Shown here piece by piece: positions 19,283-28,274 of a stretch of 45,778 nucleotides of DNA. The stretch is taken from positions 1 through 45,778 of IMG/VR virus record IMGVR_UViG_3300037422_000629; one strand, written 5' to 3'. Position 1 is the first letter of the stretch; each line of letters begins with the position of its first letter. The position numbers and the translations under genes are program-made. This DNA is from a virus (Duplodnaviria > Caudoviricetes). Below the pieces are notes generated by a model. That model saw nothing but the letters and a program-made list of their open reading frames with translations, ran no database searches and was not told the origin of the DNA.

Positions 19283-20818
19283 TCACCTCCTGAAATTCGT
19301 ATAACCAAATCCGCCTTGCTCCATTCTCCGTAACGCCTGGCTCATGGCATCCACCTGGTCGGCGTAGGCCCCGTTGGGAAAGGCCGCGCATTCGTTGATA
19401 AAGCCGTCCACCCAAGCGGCCAGACTCGGATGGGGCAAATAGACGTTGCCGCTTTCAATCGCAGGCGCGACCGCTTGCGCCCTGGCTTCCTTGCCGCCTT
19501 CGGGTTCGACGGCCACCAGACCGCTGACCCGGCTTTTCAAAGACGAGATGACCGCCGGCCCGTTGGCCTTGTCCTCAACCAGTTTCAACGCGACGTGCGG
19601 CCACTTGCGCGAGAGCTCCTGCACGGCGGCCAGCGTCGCCACGAAATCCAGCTTTTCCCGCACCTGGTCGAGCAGCCACTTATCTGCGTCCGTGCGCCCC
19701 CACACCTGCCCGACGACGAACGCCGAATCTTTTGTGTCCTTGAAAGCCATGTCCCACGATTGCAGCGTCTGGCCGAACTGCCCCGGCAACGTCACGACGG
19801 GACACGAGTAAAAAGAGCCGTCCGTCTGGCGCACCAGCACCGGCGGTAAAGTCTGGCCGGGCAATTGCCAAAACCGCCACCACTTGCGCTTGAGAATGCC
19901 GCCTTCCGCCGGCGCGGGCCGTTGCTGATGCTGGCCCGCGTAGCCGTAGGAGCCAAGCCGCCGCCGCTCCGTCGCCAGCACTTCCGGCGGGAAGCGTTCT
20001 TCAAAGAGCAATTCGCCTTCCTTCGTGCGCGGGTCGCGCCAACCGAGCGCCGTCGTGCGCGCCTGCGCTTCCTCAAACTCCTGCGGCAAACAGAGCAACT
20101 CCCAATCTCCCTGCGCCATGACGTGGCCTGAAAAATCGCGTTCGTGAAGCCTTTGCATGATGCCTATACGAACCGAAGTCCGCAGGTCGTTCAGCCGGTT
20201 TCCAATCGCTGCGTCCCAGCGGTCTAAAACGGACTGGCGCAGCTTGTCGCTCTGCGCTTCGTCGGCGTCGTGCGGGTCGTCCACAAAGAGGGCGTCGGCG
20301 CGGTTGCCGGTGATTTTGGCGAACCACCCGCGCGCCTGCCGGAAGCCGCCCGCCGTGTTGCAATAGAGGCCCTTGGCGTTCTGGTCTCCCTTCATCCGCC
20401 AGGTCGGGCGAAAGCTCTCTTGGTACCAGTCCGATTCGATGAGGTCGCGGCAATAAATCGAGTCGCGCAACGCCACATCCGGGTTGGACGACAGGAAAAT
20501 CGCGCGCCATTCGGGACAGCGCAGCCACATCCACGCCGGCGTGCAAACCGAAACTATCCTGGACTTGGCCGTCCCGGGCGGGATATTGATAAGCAAATTC
20601 CGCAACCGTTGGGTGTAACCGGAATCCGCCTGCCGCCGCTGCCAGTCTTCCAACACGGCCTGAACGTGCCACGCCACCGCCTCAATGTGCCAGTTCCAGA
20701 CCAGCGGCGTGGTCGGTTCGAGGACGTGCCAGGAGTCGCGGATGAAGCGGGCCAGGCTACGCCGGGCTTGCTCCGCCGCCACCGCCGGCAACGCGGGCGC
20801 GTTGGAGGAGTGATTCAA
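19283..20818 (-). CDS. terL: Terminase large subunit
   Basis: LLINIPPGTAKS, FVDDPH, IMQRLHE.D, QQ.P.P..GG, SWD.AFK, VEDKANG, D.VDA.SQ motifs. Confidence 0.95.
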   Translation of the reverse strand: MNHSSNAPALPAVAAEQARRSLARFIRDSWHVLEPTTPLVWNWHIEAVAWHVQAVLEDWQRRQADSGYTQRLRNLLINIPPGTAKSRIVSVCTPAWMWLRCPEWRAIFLSSNPDVALRDSIYCRDLIESDWYQESFRPTWRMKGDQNAKGLYCNTAGGFRQARGWFAKITGNRADALFVDDPHDADEAQSDKLRQSVLDRWDAAIGNRLNDLRTSVRIGIMQRLHERDFSGHVMAQGDWELLCLPQEFEEAQARTTALGWRDPRTKEGELLFEERFPPEVLATERRRLGSYGYAGQHQQRPAPAEGGILKRKWWRFWQLPGQTLPPVLVRQTDGSFYSCPVVTLPGQFGQTLQSWDMAFKDTKDSAFVVGQVWGRTDADKWLLDQVREKLDFVATLAAVQELSRKWPHVALKLVEDKANGPAVISSLKSRVSGLVAVEPEGGKEARAQAVAPAIESGNVYLPHPSLAAWVDGFINECAAFPNGAYADQVDAMSQALRRMEQGGFGYTNFRR

Positions 20819-21350
20819 GCGTGTTTAGCTCCTCTTGATTCAGTTGAGAAAGATCCACCGGGGAGTCTTCGGGCGGACGCTCTTCGATAATTTGCCGCCG
20901 GCCGCCGACTTCGCGGGCGATGTCGTCCAAAACGCCCCGGTATTGTTTGACTTCCGCCGCATTGAAAAACTCCTCCGTCACTTGCAGGGCGTTGTCGCCG
21001 CTGCCAATCATCTTCTCCGTCTCGACCCACAGCCGGTTGTCCGCGCCCGGCGTGAAGAGGTCTTTTTCGAGCAGCGCGGCCAGTTGGCTGAGTTTTTTGA
21101 CCCGCTCGCTGCGCAAGGCCAACCCTTGCGTGAGAGCGTTGCCTTCGCCGGCGGCGGTCAGACTTTTTAGCTGCACGGCGCGCGAACGCCGGTAATAGGC
21201 CACCTGCGGCCGCGAAACCTGAAACGGCGGCGCGAACGCGGTTGCCCGCCGGTTAATCTCGTCGCACTTGGCCCCGTCGCTTATCCAACTTAGCAGGGCC
21301 TCTTTTTGCGCTTTCGTCAGAGTCTGGCGGTTCGTTGTCGGCATCGGCAA
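20757..21350 (-). CDS. Putative terminase small subunit
   Basis: Directly upstream of and overlapping terL; N-terminal HTH-like region, LDDIA.E.GGR, C-terminal DLS.L..EEL..LE. Confidence 0.7.
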   Translation of the reverse strand: MPMPTTNRQTLTKAQKEALLSWISDGAKCDEINRRATAFAPPFQVSRPQVAYYRRSRAVQLKSLTAAGEGNALTQGLALRSERVKKLSQLAALLEKDLFTPGADNRLWVETEKMIGSGDNALQVTEEFFNAAEVKQYRGVLDDIAREVGGRRQIIEERPPEDSPVDLSQLNQEELNTLESLLQRARVAGGGGGASPA

Positions 21351-21528
21351 ACTTAATCGTCACTTCCAGCAGCCGCCCGCGCGCGTGGTAGGCCAGCCAC
21401 AGGGCCGCGTCCTTTTCCATGCCGGGCAAATCCAGCCGGATGCGCGCCCCATCGCCGACCCGCCCGGAGAGCGTAATGGCCGATTGCAAGTCCGGCAACG
21501 AGGCTAAAAACGTGATTTCTTTTTCCAA
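21253..21528 (-). CDS. Hypothetical protein
   Basis: ITF.ASLP..QSAI...G.GDGARI.LD.P; fills the gap between holin and terS. Confidence 0.55.
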   Translation of the reverse strand: MEKEITFLASLPDLQSAITLSGRVGDGARIRLDLPGMEKDAALWLAYHARGRLLEVTIKFADADNEPPDSDESAKRGPAKLDKRRGQVRRD

Positions 21529-21550
21529 AGAGTTAAAAAAGGTTCAAATT

Positions 21551-21784
21551 TTAGCCGCCGCGCAGCTTTTCGAGTTCGCGCTCTAACTTCTCCAGTCGCC
21601 GCCGGTCGCGGACGCGAACGTAAGCCTCATAGAGCCGGACGGCGGCCAGAATCAGCACGTTCAGAAAACTCAACAGAGCCGCCAGGTGGGAATCGAGCGG
21701 CAGCAAAATCAGGGTGGAAACAGCGGCGGCGACGTGCGCGCCGTCCCCTAACAAATCGTGAGGTGTCATGCTGTAGGCAGCCAT
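21551..21784 (-). CDS. Putative holin
   Basis: Two hydrophobic segments and a basic C-tail; in the lysis cassette. Confidence 0.55.
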   Translation of the reverse strand: MAAYSMTPHDLLGDGAHVAAAVSTLILLPLDSHLAALLSFLNVLILAAVRLYEAYVRVRDRRRLEKLERELEKLRGG

Positions 21785-21788
21785 CCTT

Positions 21789-22289
21789 TTAACGTGGGAT
21801 AACAACAACGCCGGCTAGGACCAAAGTGACCAACACACTCTTGAAAAAACGCCCGCGCCATTTACCGGCGGCGCGTTGGGCTTTTTCCTTGTCGGCGCGC
21901 AACTCCGCGACCTGCGCCTGGCGCTCCGCCAGCGCGCGTCTTTCGGCCTGGAGGCCGGCGCGTAGTGCGCCGATTTCAATGAGGGCCGTGCGGTAAGCCG
22001 CGCTTAACTGTTGATAGCTCTGTTCGGCCTGCTCGATTTCTTTGACCAAGGCCCGCTCGCGCTCTTCGTGCCGGGCCAGCAATTCGCGCGAAACATCAAT
22101 CTCCGCCAACAGGCGGCGAATCACCGCGTCGCGGTCAACTTTGGGCTTTGGGTCGCCTGCCTCCTGCCCCCCGCCTCCTGCTTCCTGCTTACCGGCATTG
22201 GATGTTGCGCTGGGCGAGTTCTGTGCAAAGCTGCTCGTCGGATAACTCAGGCCCGCCAAAATCAGGGCGAGAACGGCGAATCTTTTCAT
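21789..22289 (-). CDS. Secreted coiled-coil protein with C-terminal membrane anchor (spanin-like)
   Basis: MKRFAVLALILAG...SFA signal peptide, heptad region, C-terminal FFKSVLVTLVLAGVVVI; RBS GAGGAG. Confidence 0.55.
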   Translation of the reverse strand: MKRFAVLALILAGLSYPTSSFAQNSPSATSNAGKQEAGGGGQEAGDPKPKVDRDAVIRRLLAEIDVSRELLARHEERERALVKEIEQAEQSYQQLSAAYRTALIEIGALRAGLQAERRALAERQAQVAELRADKEKAQRAAGKWRGRFFKSVLVTLVLAGVVVIPR

Positions 22290-22635
22290 AACGTCTCCTC
22301 GAATCATGCAACGGCTCGAGCGTGGCGTTGCTGTTGGCGGCGGCGGCGCGTTGCCGCGCGCGCTGCGCCTCCAGTTGCCGCTCCTGCTCCTGTCGCTCGG
22401 CGGCGGTTGTGTTGGCGTTCTGTTCGCGCGCCGCGCCTTCGCTCACGGCGGCGTTGACGTTTTGCTCGCGTTGGGCGTCGCGGCGTTCCTGGCGGTATTC
22501 GCTCACACGCCCCGTGCCGGCAGAGAGCAGATACCAGAGCGCAAGAAAGAGGACGCCCAACGCGAGCGCGGCAAGAAGCGCCTTCGCGCCCGGACGCAGC
22601 GCGCCCCACATCAGTCGCAGATTGCTATCCGCCAC
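22189..22635 (-). CDS. Rz/i-spanin-like protein
   Basis: N-terminal TM segment, coiled coil, two C-terminal Cys; follows the endolysin. Confidence 0.6.
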   Translation of the reverse strand: MADSNLRLMWGALRPGAKALLAALALGVLFLALWYLLSAGTGRVSEYRQERRDAQREQNVNAAVSEGAAREQNANTTAAERQEQERQLEAQRARQRAAAANSNATLEPLHDSRRRYEKIRRSRPDFGGPELSDEQLCTELAQRNIQCR

Positions 22636-23638
22636 TCGTCAGTTTCCTCCACACTTTGCCGCCCAGCCGCCGCAGGTCGGCGCGGTGCCAATAAACGAGC
22701 GCGGCTACCCCGGCAATCAGCGCGGCCACGCCCAGCCAGGCGTAGAGGTTGCCCGCCTGCAACGCGGCAAAAAACAAGGCCATGGGCCGCCCGACGGTTA
22801 AGGCCAGCCGCCCCGCCGCCGATTTGCCCTGCTCGCGCAATAGTTGCGGCGAAGCGGTGTCGGCGGCCTCGTCCAAAAAGCTCGTCGCGGCGGCTTCGTC
22901 CGCCGCCGGCTCCTCTGGCGTCGGCGTGTTCGCTTCCGCCGGCCCGTCGGCGGGCGTTTCCGGCGGTGTGGCGCTGTTCTCCGCTTCTTCCGGCGGTTCG
23001 CAGCGGTCGCGGCCGGCGGAGCGTTCGCCGCTCACCGGCCAGAAATCCAGCTTCAGCGCGTTCTGATAGGCCCGCGCCAGCTTGCTATCGTAGTTGTTGC
23101 GCCAATACTCCGCCCCGTTGTAGCCGGCGGCGAAACGCTGCCAGTCGTGGCGGCGCAAAGCCCCGACCAAGCCAGTGCGAGTGAGGTACTCGCACAACGC
23201 CAGCAGGTGCGCGCCTTCGTTGCGATGCATGGCGTCGTGGAACGCCAGCACAGTGGCGAAGCCGCACAATTTGTAGTTGAAGCCGCAAATCTGGTACGCG
23301 CCCCAGGAAGCCGACATGACCCCTGCCTCCCAGTCCAGCATCATCGCTTCGTTGAGCCGTTCCCATTCGCCGGCGGTGGTTTTGCGGTAGAGTTTTTTAT
23401 TCCACGCGCGGCTGGACAGGTGCGGGTGTGATTTGTCGAATCTCCCGCCGGCATATTTGTGGAACTTGTGGGCTTCAAAAAGAATGGTCGGGCGGCCATC
23501 GGGAAGAAATCCTCCGCGCGGGGCCTCGACGACCGAGACGGCGTAAATTGCCGCCGGCTCGACGCGAAGGAGTTTAGCGGCGGCCTCTATGTCCGCCGGA
23601 GCGAGTCTTTTGCTGGCCGGGGTGAGATTGCGCGTCAT
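22625..23638 (-). CDS. Endolysin, N-acetylmuramidase (DUF3380) family
   Basis: AV..VE....GF...GRP.ILFE.H.F, SWG.YQI.GFNY..CG, W..FA..YNG..Y..N.YD.KL..AY. Confidence 0.92.
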   Translation of the reverse strand: MTRNLTPASKRLAPADIEAAAKLLRVEPAAIYAVSVVEAPRGGFLPDGRPTILFEAHKFHKYAGGRFDKSHPHLSSRAWNKKLYRKTTAGEWERLNEAMMLDWEAGVMSASWGAYQICGFNYKLCGFATVLAFHDAMHRNEGAHLLALCEYLTRTGLVGALRRHDWQRFAAGYNGAEYWRNNYDSKLARAYQNALKLDFWPVSGERSAGRDRCEPPEEAENSATPPETPADGPAEANTPTPEEPAADEAAATSFLDEAADTASPQLLREQGKSAAGRLALTVGRPMALFFAALQAGNLYAWLGVAALIAGVAALVYWHRADLRRLGGKVWRKLTSGG

Positions 23639-23831
23639 CGTTTCGTCGCCCTTTCGTTAGGGAGTGGCCGCCGCCGTCCGTTGCGCCCGTCAAAGAAGAA
23701 AACTGGCAGTCTTTTTCGGAAGTGCGCCGCCTGAAGCTGTTTGAAGCGTGAGAAGCTGCCGACGAGCCGAGGCGGTTCGGCCACGCCGCAGCCGTTGGCT
23801 AGGCACAGCAGAGAAGCGGCGGTCAACTGGC

Positions 23832-23882
23832 ATTATAGAACGCAGAGAGCGCTTACGAGCCTTCCGAACCGGATACTATTCC
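23832..23882 (-). promoter_or_regulatory. Putative late promoter upstream of the lysis/packaging operon
   Basis: GGAATAGTATCC-N3-TCGGAA-N24-TATAAT. Confidence 0.65.
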
Positions 23883-23923
23883 CGCCGTCGTTAAGTTCAT
23901 TTATCACTTATAAATTGGTTTCA

Positions 23924-24448
23924 TTATATTTTCACCTCGCAACCGCAACGCTCATTGTGGCCGTTTGGCAAAATCAGGTCCAAATTTTTCGGCGGCAAGC
24001 GGTGCGGCTCAGGGAGTTCCAAATACCACACGGCCAGCCGCGCCGCCTCCGTCCACGTCCAGACCGTATGAGCGCAATTGCCTTCGCGTAGCAGGAATTT
24101 CCGTTCAACGAGTTGCTCTGTCGTCAAATCGTTGTCGCCGACCTTGAATTCGATGACCAGGCTGTGAAACCCGCGCCGCGCGACGGGCAGATAAACGTCG
24201 TGAACGCCCGGCAAGACGCCTTCACGTTTGAGCGCGGCCCCGACGCTTGAGTGTCGCCAGCCGCCGTTGGGGACGGCGCGAAAGCGGCGCAACACCAGGT
24301 CGCGCGGCCACATTCGGCACCAGTCGAAAAAGGCTGTCTGCTCCTGATGCTCGCTCCACCAGCGCGCGGGCGCGGATTTCGATAAGCGCAGAGGGCGGCT
24401 GTTCGACCCGCGCGTAAAATCGAACCCGCCAACCACTATTTTAGCCAT
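23924..24448 (-). CDS. VRR-NUC domain nuclease
   Basis: EH.EQ..F..W, AVPNGG.R, LK.EGV..GV.D, L.IE.K, Q..FL...G. Confidence 0.88.
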   Translation of the reverse strand: MAKIVVGGFDFTRGSNSRPLRLSKSAPARWWSEHQEQTAFFDWCRMWPRDLVLRRFRAVPNGGWRHSSVGAALKREGVLPGVHDVYLPVARRGFHSLVIEFKVGDNDLTTEQLVERKFLLREGNCAHTVWTWTEAARLAVWYLELPEPHRLPPKNLDLILPNGHNERCGCEVKI

Positions 24449-24881
24449 TGTGCGGAAACTCCCGGAGAGCGCAATCCAGCGCCTCCGCTTTTGTACGCCG
24501 CGTAACGGGGAGGCCGAGCCGCCGCCGGCGCTGCAAAATGTTTTCGTATGCGACCTCTTGCGCCGCCGTCAGCGTCTCGGCGGCCAGCAATTTGTCGCCG
24601 GTGCGTCGCCGCCAGGACTCGTAAGCCGCTCGCAGGCGCTTGGTACGCAACCGCGCAGCGCATTTCCGGCAGGAGCGCACAGACCCGCTCCGCAACTGCC
24701 TGGCGAAGGCTTCGCGCTGCTCTCCGCAGGCGCACCGGCACAGCCACAAGGCCCCCAGCCCGCGCTTGATTCGCTCGACGCGCAGCAGGTTCAACGCCGT
24801 CAATTTACCGAAAGTCTGTCCGGTCAAGTCAAGTGCGGGCCGGCCGCGCGCCTTATTTGGAAATTGCGGCGTTGCAGACAC
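24441..24881 (-). CDS. Zn-binding protein with the N-terminal module of HNH/AP2-type phage proteins
   Basis: DLTGQ.FG.LT...WLC.C.CG......LRSG..RSC..C; no HNH motif visible. Confidence 0.7.
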   Translation of the reverse strand: MSATPQFPNKARGRPALDLTGQTFGKLTALNLLRVERIKRGLGALWLCRCACGEQREAFARQLRSGSVRSCRKCAARLRTKRLRAAYESWRRRTGDKLLAAETLTAAQEVAYENILQRRRRLGLPVTRRTKAEALDCALREFPHNG

Positions 24882-25025
24882 TTAGAAAGCCTCGTCGGAA
24901 ACGAGAACACAAAAAGGATGGCTGGAATAGTCTAACCGCTAAGGGAATAGCAGGCAAGGCGAGCGGCTTTTGCAGGGCGTGGCGGAGCAACTCTTCGAGC
25001 TAGGGCGTCGGGATTGTTTTAACCC

Positions 25026-25273
25026 TGACGGGATTTTGACGGGGTTTTGGTGTAAGCTATGCGTGAGATGCGCGAAAATGCAGATGCCGCCGCCGCCGCG
25101 AGATGCACAAGCCAGCATTAACATCTGTAAACGAAGCGCTTAATACACTTTTTAGGGAGACTGTAAGTTCATGCCGTATCCAGAATTTATGAGTTTGCCA
25201 TCGCCTCTATTTGCTCCCGCCATTACTATTTATCTCTAGTCTGTAATTTTCTTGACGACTTTTTGACGGGATT
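25026..25273. other. Putative attP (arm-type repeats flanking the core)
   Basis: TGACGGGATT and TGACGGGGTT at 25026 and 25037; TGACGACTTT and TGACGGGATT at 25253 and 25264; both pairs 11 bp apart; at the 3' end of int. Confidence 0.65.
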
Positions 25274-26366
25274 CGCCGCGCACGAGGGCTTCGACGGCCC
25301 GTTTTCGACTCTCCGCCGAGGCGTGGGAATAGAGCAGCGTCATGGTGCGGTCGGAGTGGCCGACAATCTCCTGCACGGTCGCCACGTCCGCGCCGGCGCG
25401 CAGCATACGGGTCGCCGCCGTGTGCCGCGTGGCGTGGAGAGTGAAGCCGTCAGGGGAACGCATTCCGTAGTTGAGGCCGGAGCGTTCGGCGACGCGGCGA
25501 AAGACGCGCAGGTATTGGCCGAAGGGCTTGTCGCCCCGGCTGTTGGGGAAGACGAAGCGGGAATTGGCCGCCCCCGCCCGCCGGAGCGACAGCAACTCGC
25601 GGGCGCGCGAACTTAAAGGCACGACACGCGATTCGCCCGTTTTGGTCTCCCGCAGGCGCGCCTCCGAAGCCTGTAAATCCACCTGGCCCCAGCGCAAGGC
25701 GACGGTTTCGCCGTTACGCATTCCGGTCAGCAAACTCAATTCAAAAAGGTCGGCCACCAGAAGGCGGTTGGCGTGGCATCTGGGCGATTCCCATTTGGCC
25801 GCGGGAGCGCGCAGGGCCGTCAGCAACGCTTCTTCTTCGCTCTCGGTGATGGGCCGGCTGCGCGTGCGGTGCGAAGTTTTGACCCAGGGCATCTTGGGCG
25901 GCTGGTAGCCTTCGAGCGCGTGAAAGAGTTCCGGCGCGGCCTTGAGCAGGGCCGAAATTTCCGCCAGTTCGCGGTTGAGACTGTTGGGCATCAGCTTGGG
26001 GTTAGCTTGGTAGCGGAGTCGCACCCACCGGCGCAGGTCGGCAGCGGTGATGTCGCGCACCCGGCAGCCGGCGGGGAGGTCGGCGGCAAAACCTTCCAGC
26101 ACTTTCCGGGCGCGGCGATGGCGGGCCAGCTTGGGGTTGAAGGCGCGGCCCCGCTCGGCCACCAATTCGGCCACCGTGACCTCGCCGCCCGTCTCCTCCA
26201 GGCCGTAGCGCGCTTCCGTCGCCCGCAGCCGGAGCGTGGCGACGGCTCTTTCGGCCAGCGTTTTCGTGGCAAACCCGCCGTCGCGGTAACGCACGCCGCC
26301 GAGGGTAAAGTCGAAGCGCCAACAGTGCGCTTGGCGTCGTTTGTCGTAATAGCGTTCTAGCTTCAT
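25236..26366 (-). CDS. int: Tyrosine integrase
   Basis: TGMR.GE, TKTG, HATRH, VGH and LY.H catalytic residues; N-terminal arm-binding-like domain. Confidence 0.95.
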   Translation of the reverse strand: MKLERYYDKRRQAHCWRFDFTLGGVRYRDGGFATKTLAERAVATLRLRATEARYGLEETGGEVTVAELVAERGRAFNPKLARHRRARKVLEGFAADLPAGCRVRDITAADLRRWVRLRYQANPKLMPNSLNRELAEISALLKAAPELFHALEGYQPPKMPWVKTSHRTRSRPITESEEEALLTALRAPAAKWESPRCHANRLLVADLFELSLLTGMRNGETVALRWGQVDLQASEARLRETKTGESRVVPLSSRARELLSLRRAGAANSRFVFPNSRGDKPFGQYLRVFRRVAERSGLNYGMRSPDGFTLHATRHTAATRMLRAGADVATVQEIVGHSDRTMTLLYSHASAESRKRAVEALVRGESRQKVVKKITD

Positions 26367-26407
26367 AACCTGGACTTAACCACTGTTTTTTGCCTCACCC
26401 AATCTTT

Positions 26408-26896
26408 TTAAATGCCATATATCTCGCGCACGTCGAGACGAATGCGCCACAGGTCGACGATGAACTCGTCGTCTGCCTCGAACAGCCCCAAACTAGCGCG
26501 GCGCAGACGCGGGACGGGCAGCAAGGCCAACACCGCCATGGCGCACGCCTCAAACTCGGCGCGGTCGTGCTGTTCCAATTCCCGGCGCGCAGCCCGCGTC
26601 CACTCGCGGCGGTGCGAAAAGAGAATCCGGCCCGGCGCGCGGTCAAAGGCGGCGTGCTTGATTTCGTGGACCGCCGTTGCAATCTGCAAATCTTCGGACA
26701 GACGCACATTAACGTAGATTTCGGGCCGGCCTGAAAGCGACGCCCCAGCCGGCACAAAATAGCCGTCCAGCTTCAGGGGCCGGCAAAAGAGCGGCGCGTC
26801 CAGCTTTCGCGCCGCGCGTTGCACCATGCGCCAGGTGATGCGCCGCCGGTTGAGGCTGGGGAACAGTTCCTTTAATCGTTGGTAAGTGGTTACCAT
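26408..26896 (-). CDS. ImmA/IrrE family metallopeptidase
   Basis: I.VN..L......A.HEIKH (HExxH) and E.EA...A...L.P; between repressor and integrase. Confidence 0.85.
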   Translation of the reverse strand: MVTTYQRLKELFPSLNRRRITWRMVQRAARKLDAPLFCRPLKLDGYFVPAGASLSGRPEIYVNVRLSEDLQIATAVHEIKHAAFDRAPGRILFSHRREWTRAARRELEQHDRAEFEACAMAVLALLPVPRLRRASLGLFEADDEFIVDLWRIRLDVREIYGI

Positions 26897-26987
26897 TGTT
26901 GAAATAGCGTCGCTCCGGCGCAACGTCCGGGTTAAAAATAAGGGGCGCGCCGCGCGCGCTCGCGAAAGAGTCGTTTACCTCTGCCTT

Positions 26988-28274
26988 TTACTGCGTAAAA
27001 TTGTAGTTGATGACGCCCGTCACCTTAACCGGCTGGCCCGAAAGTAGGGTGGGCGAAAACCGCGCGCCCTGCGCCGCCGATACAGCCGCCGCTTGCAGCA
27101 ACGGGTGGCCGGACACGGCACGGGCCGAAATGACGCGCCCCTGCTCGTCAATCGTCACCTGCACGACCACCGTGCCGGAAGCGCGGGCGGCCTTGGCGAT
27201 GGCCGGATACGCCGGCTTGGGTAAACTGACGGCCTTGCCGTTCAACACGCCGCCGTCAAGCGGGACTGTTGGTCTGGGTGTCGGTGCCGATTCAGGTGTC
27301 GGCGGCGGTTTGTGCAGTGTTATGGCGCTACTTATTTCACCGCTCTCAAATGACGGCGCATCCGATGGCGCGGGTTCGACCTCTGTGAACGCCGTTTCGG
27401 GAATTTGCGCGGGCGACGCAATCCGCTCATACACTTCGCCGGTCAGGAAATTGTACAACCACACTTCTTGCAGCTCGAAAAGCAGGGCGTTGAGGTGGTT
27501 GTGCCTATCGTAAGGGTCGTCAATTTCCGGCGTCTCATTATCGTAATCGTGGGCCGCGGGCCGCTCCGCCAGATAGCCTATGCATAACACTCTCAAGCTG
27601 CTCTTGGCGGCCCTGGCCTGTTGAGGGCCGCACCGGAGAGTAAACATAGCCCGGCGATTACCCAGACTGTCGCTCAACTCCGGGAAGGCCCTCAAACTTT
27701 CGCCGCTGAACCCTAACACATAGTCGTCGTTGCGATAGACCTGCACACGGGCCTGGCGGTTAAAGGCCGTGCGGCCAACGTAAGCGGCGACGCGCTTGCT
27801 CAGGGAAACCCATTGCAAAATCTGACAATCTTTACACGGCGCATCGTGCAGGCGGTATTCCCATTGCCAACTAAAGTTGATTTCCAAGAGGCCCAAATCG
27901 GCGTGATAAGTCTCGGTTAATTGGTTCTGGTCGCCGTTCCCGAAGGCGAAGGCCAACAGGTCGCCATAGCGCACCTTCCCGTAAGCGGCTTGCCGGCGCA
28001 ACTTGTCCAAGCGGCTTTGATACTCCGCCGTCGTCTCGTACTTATCCTTTTGCCACTTGGCTTGTTGTTTGATTAAGGCCGACCAGAGGCCGGCCAGGTC
28101 ATGGCCTAAGTATCGTTTGGGCAGGTTTTCGGCGGAGGTGTCGAAGGGTTGAGTGTCAAAGGCCGGCGCAGGCGGTTTCTGCGCCGGGCGGCGCGGTTTT
28201 TGAGCGCACACCACAGCGGCCAGCGCCAGGCAACATAACCAAGAGGTTAGCCGTTTTATGAATTGCGCCCTCAT
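26988..28274 (-). CDS. Secreted protein with C-terminal TonB domain
   Basis: Signal-peptide-like N-terminus, Pro-rich linker, GGVLNGKA.SLPKPAYP..AKA...SGTVVVQVTIDE.G.V.SA..VSGHPLL..AA..AA..ARF.P. Confidence 0.88.
   Translation of the reverse strand: MRAQFIKRLTSWLCCLALAAVVCAQKPRRPAQKPPAPAFDTQPFDTSAENLPKRYLGHDLAGLWSALIKQQAKWQKDKYETTAEYQSRLDKLRRQAAYGKVRYGDLLAFAFGNGDQNQLTETYHADLGLLEINFSWQWEYRLHDAPCKDCQILQWVSLSKRVAAYVGRTAFNRQARVQVYRNDDYVLGFSGESLRAFPELSDSLGNRRAMFTLRCGPQQARAAKSSLRVLCIGYLAERPAAHDYDNETPEIDDPYDRHNHLNALLFELQEVWLYNFLTGEVYERIASPAQIPETAFTEVEPAPSDAPSFESGEISSAITLHKPPPTPESAPTPRPTVPLDGGVLNGKAVSLPKPAYPAIAKAARASGTVVVQVTIDEQGRVISARAVSGHPLLQAAAVSAAQGARFSPTLLSGQPVKVTGVINYNFTQ

Noticed and set aside
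255-24091. Numerous long plus-strand ORFs opposite the structural genes (e.g. 855..1679, 8884..9768, 14581..15273, 22306..23184)
   Set aside because: Shadow frames of high-GC coding sequence; no motifs and fully antisense to recognisable genes
24441-24881. Active HNH homing endonuclease
   Set aside because: Only the N-terminal Cys-rich module is present; no HNH catalytic motif
25141-25160. T7 promoter-like TAATAC...AGGGAGA
   Set aside because: The central GACTCACTAT is absent and no phage RNA polymerase is encoded
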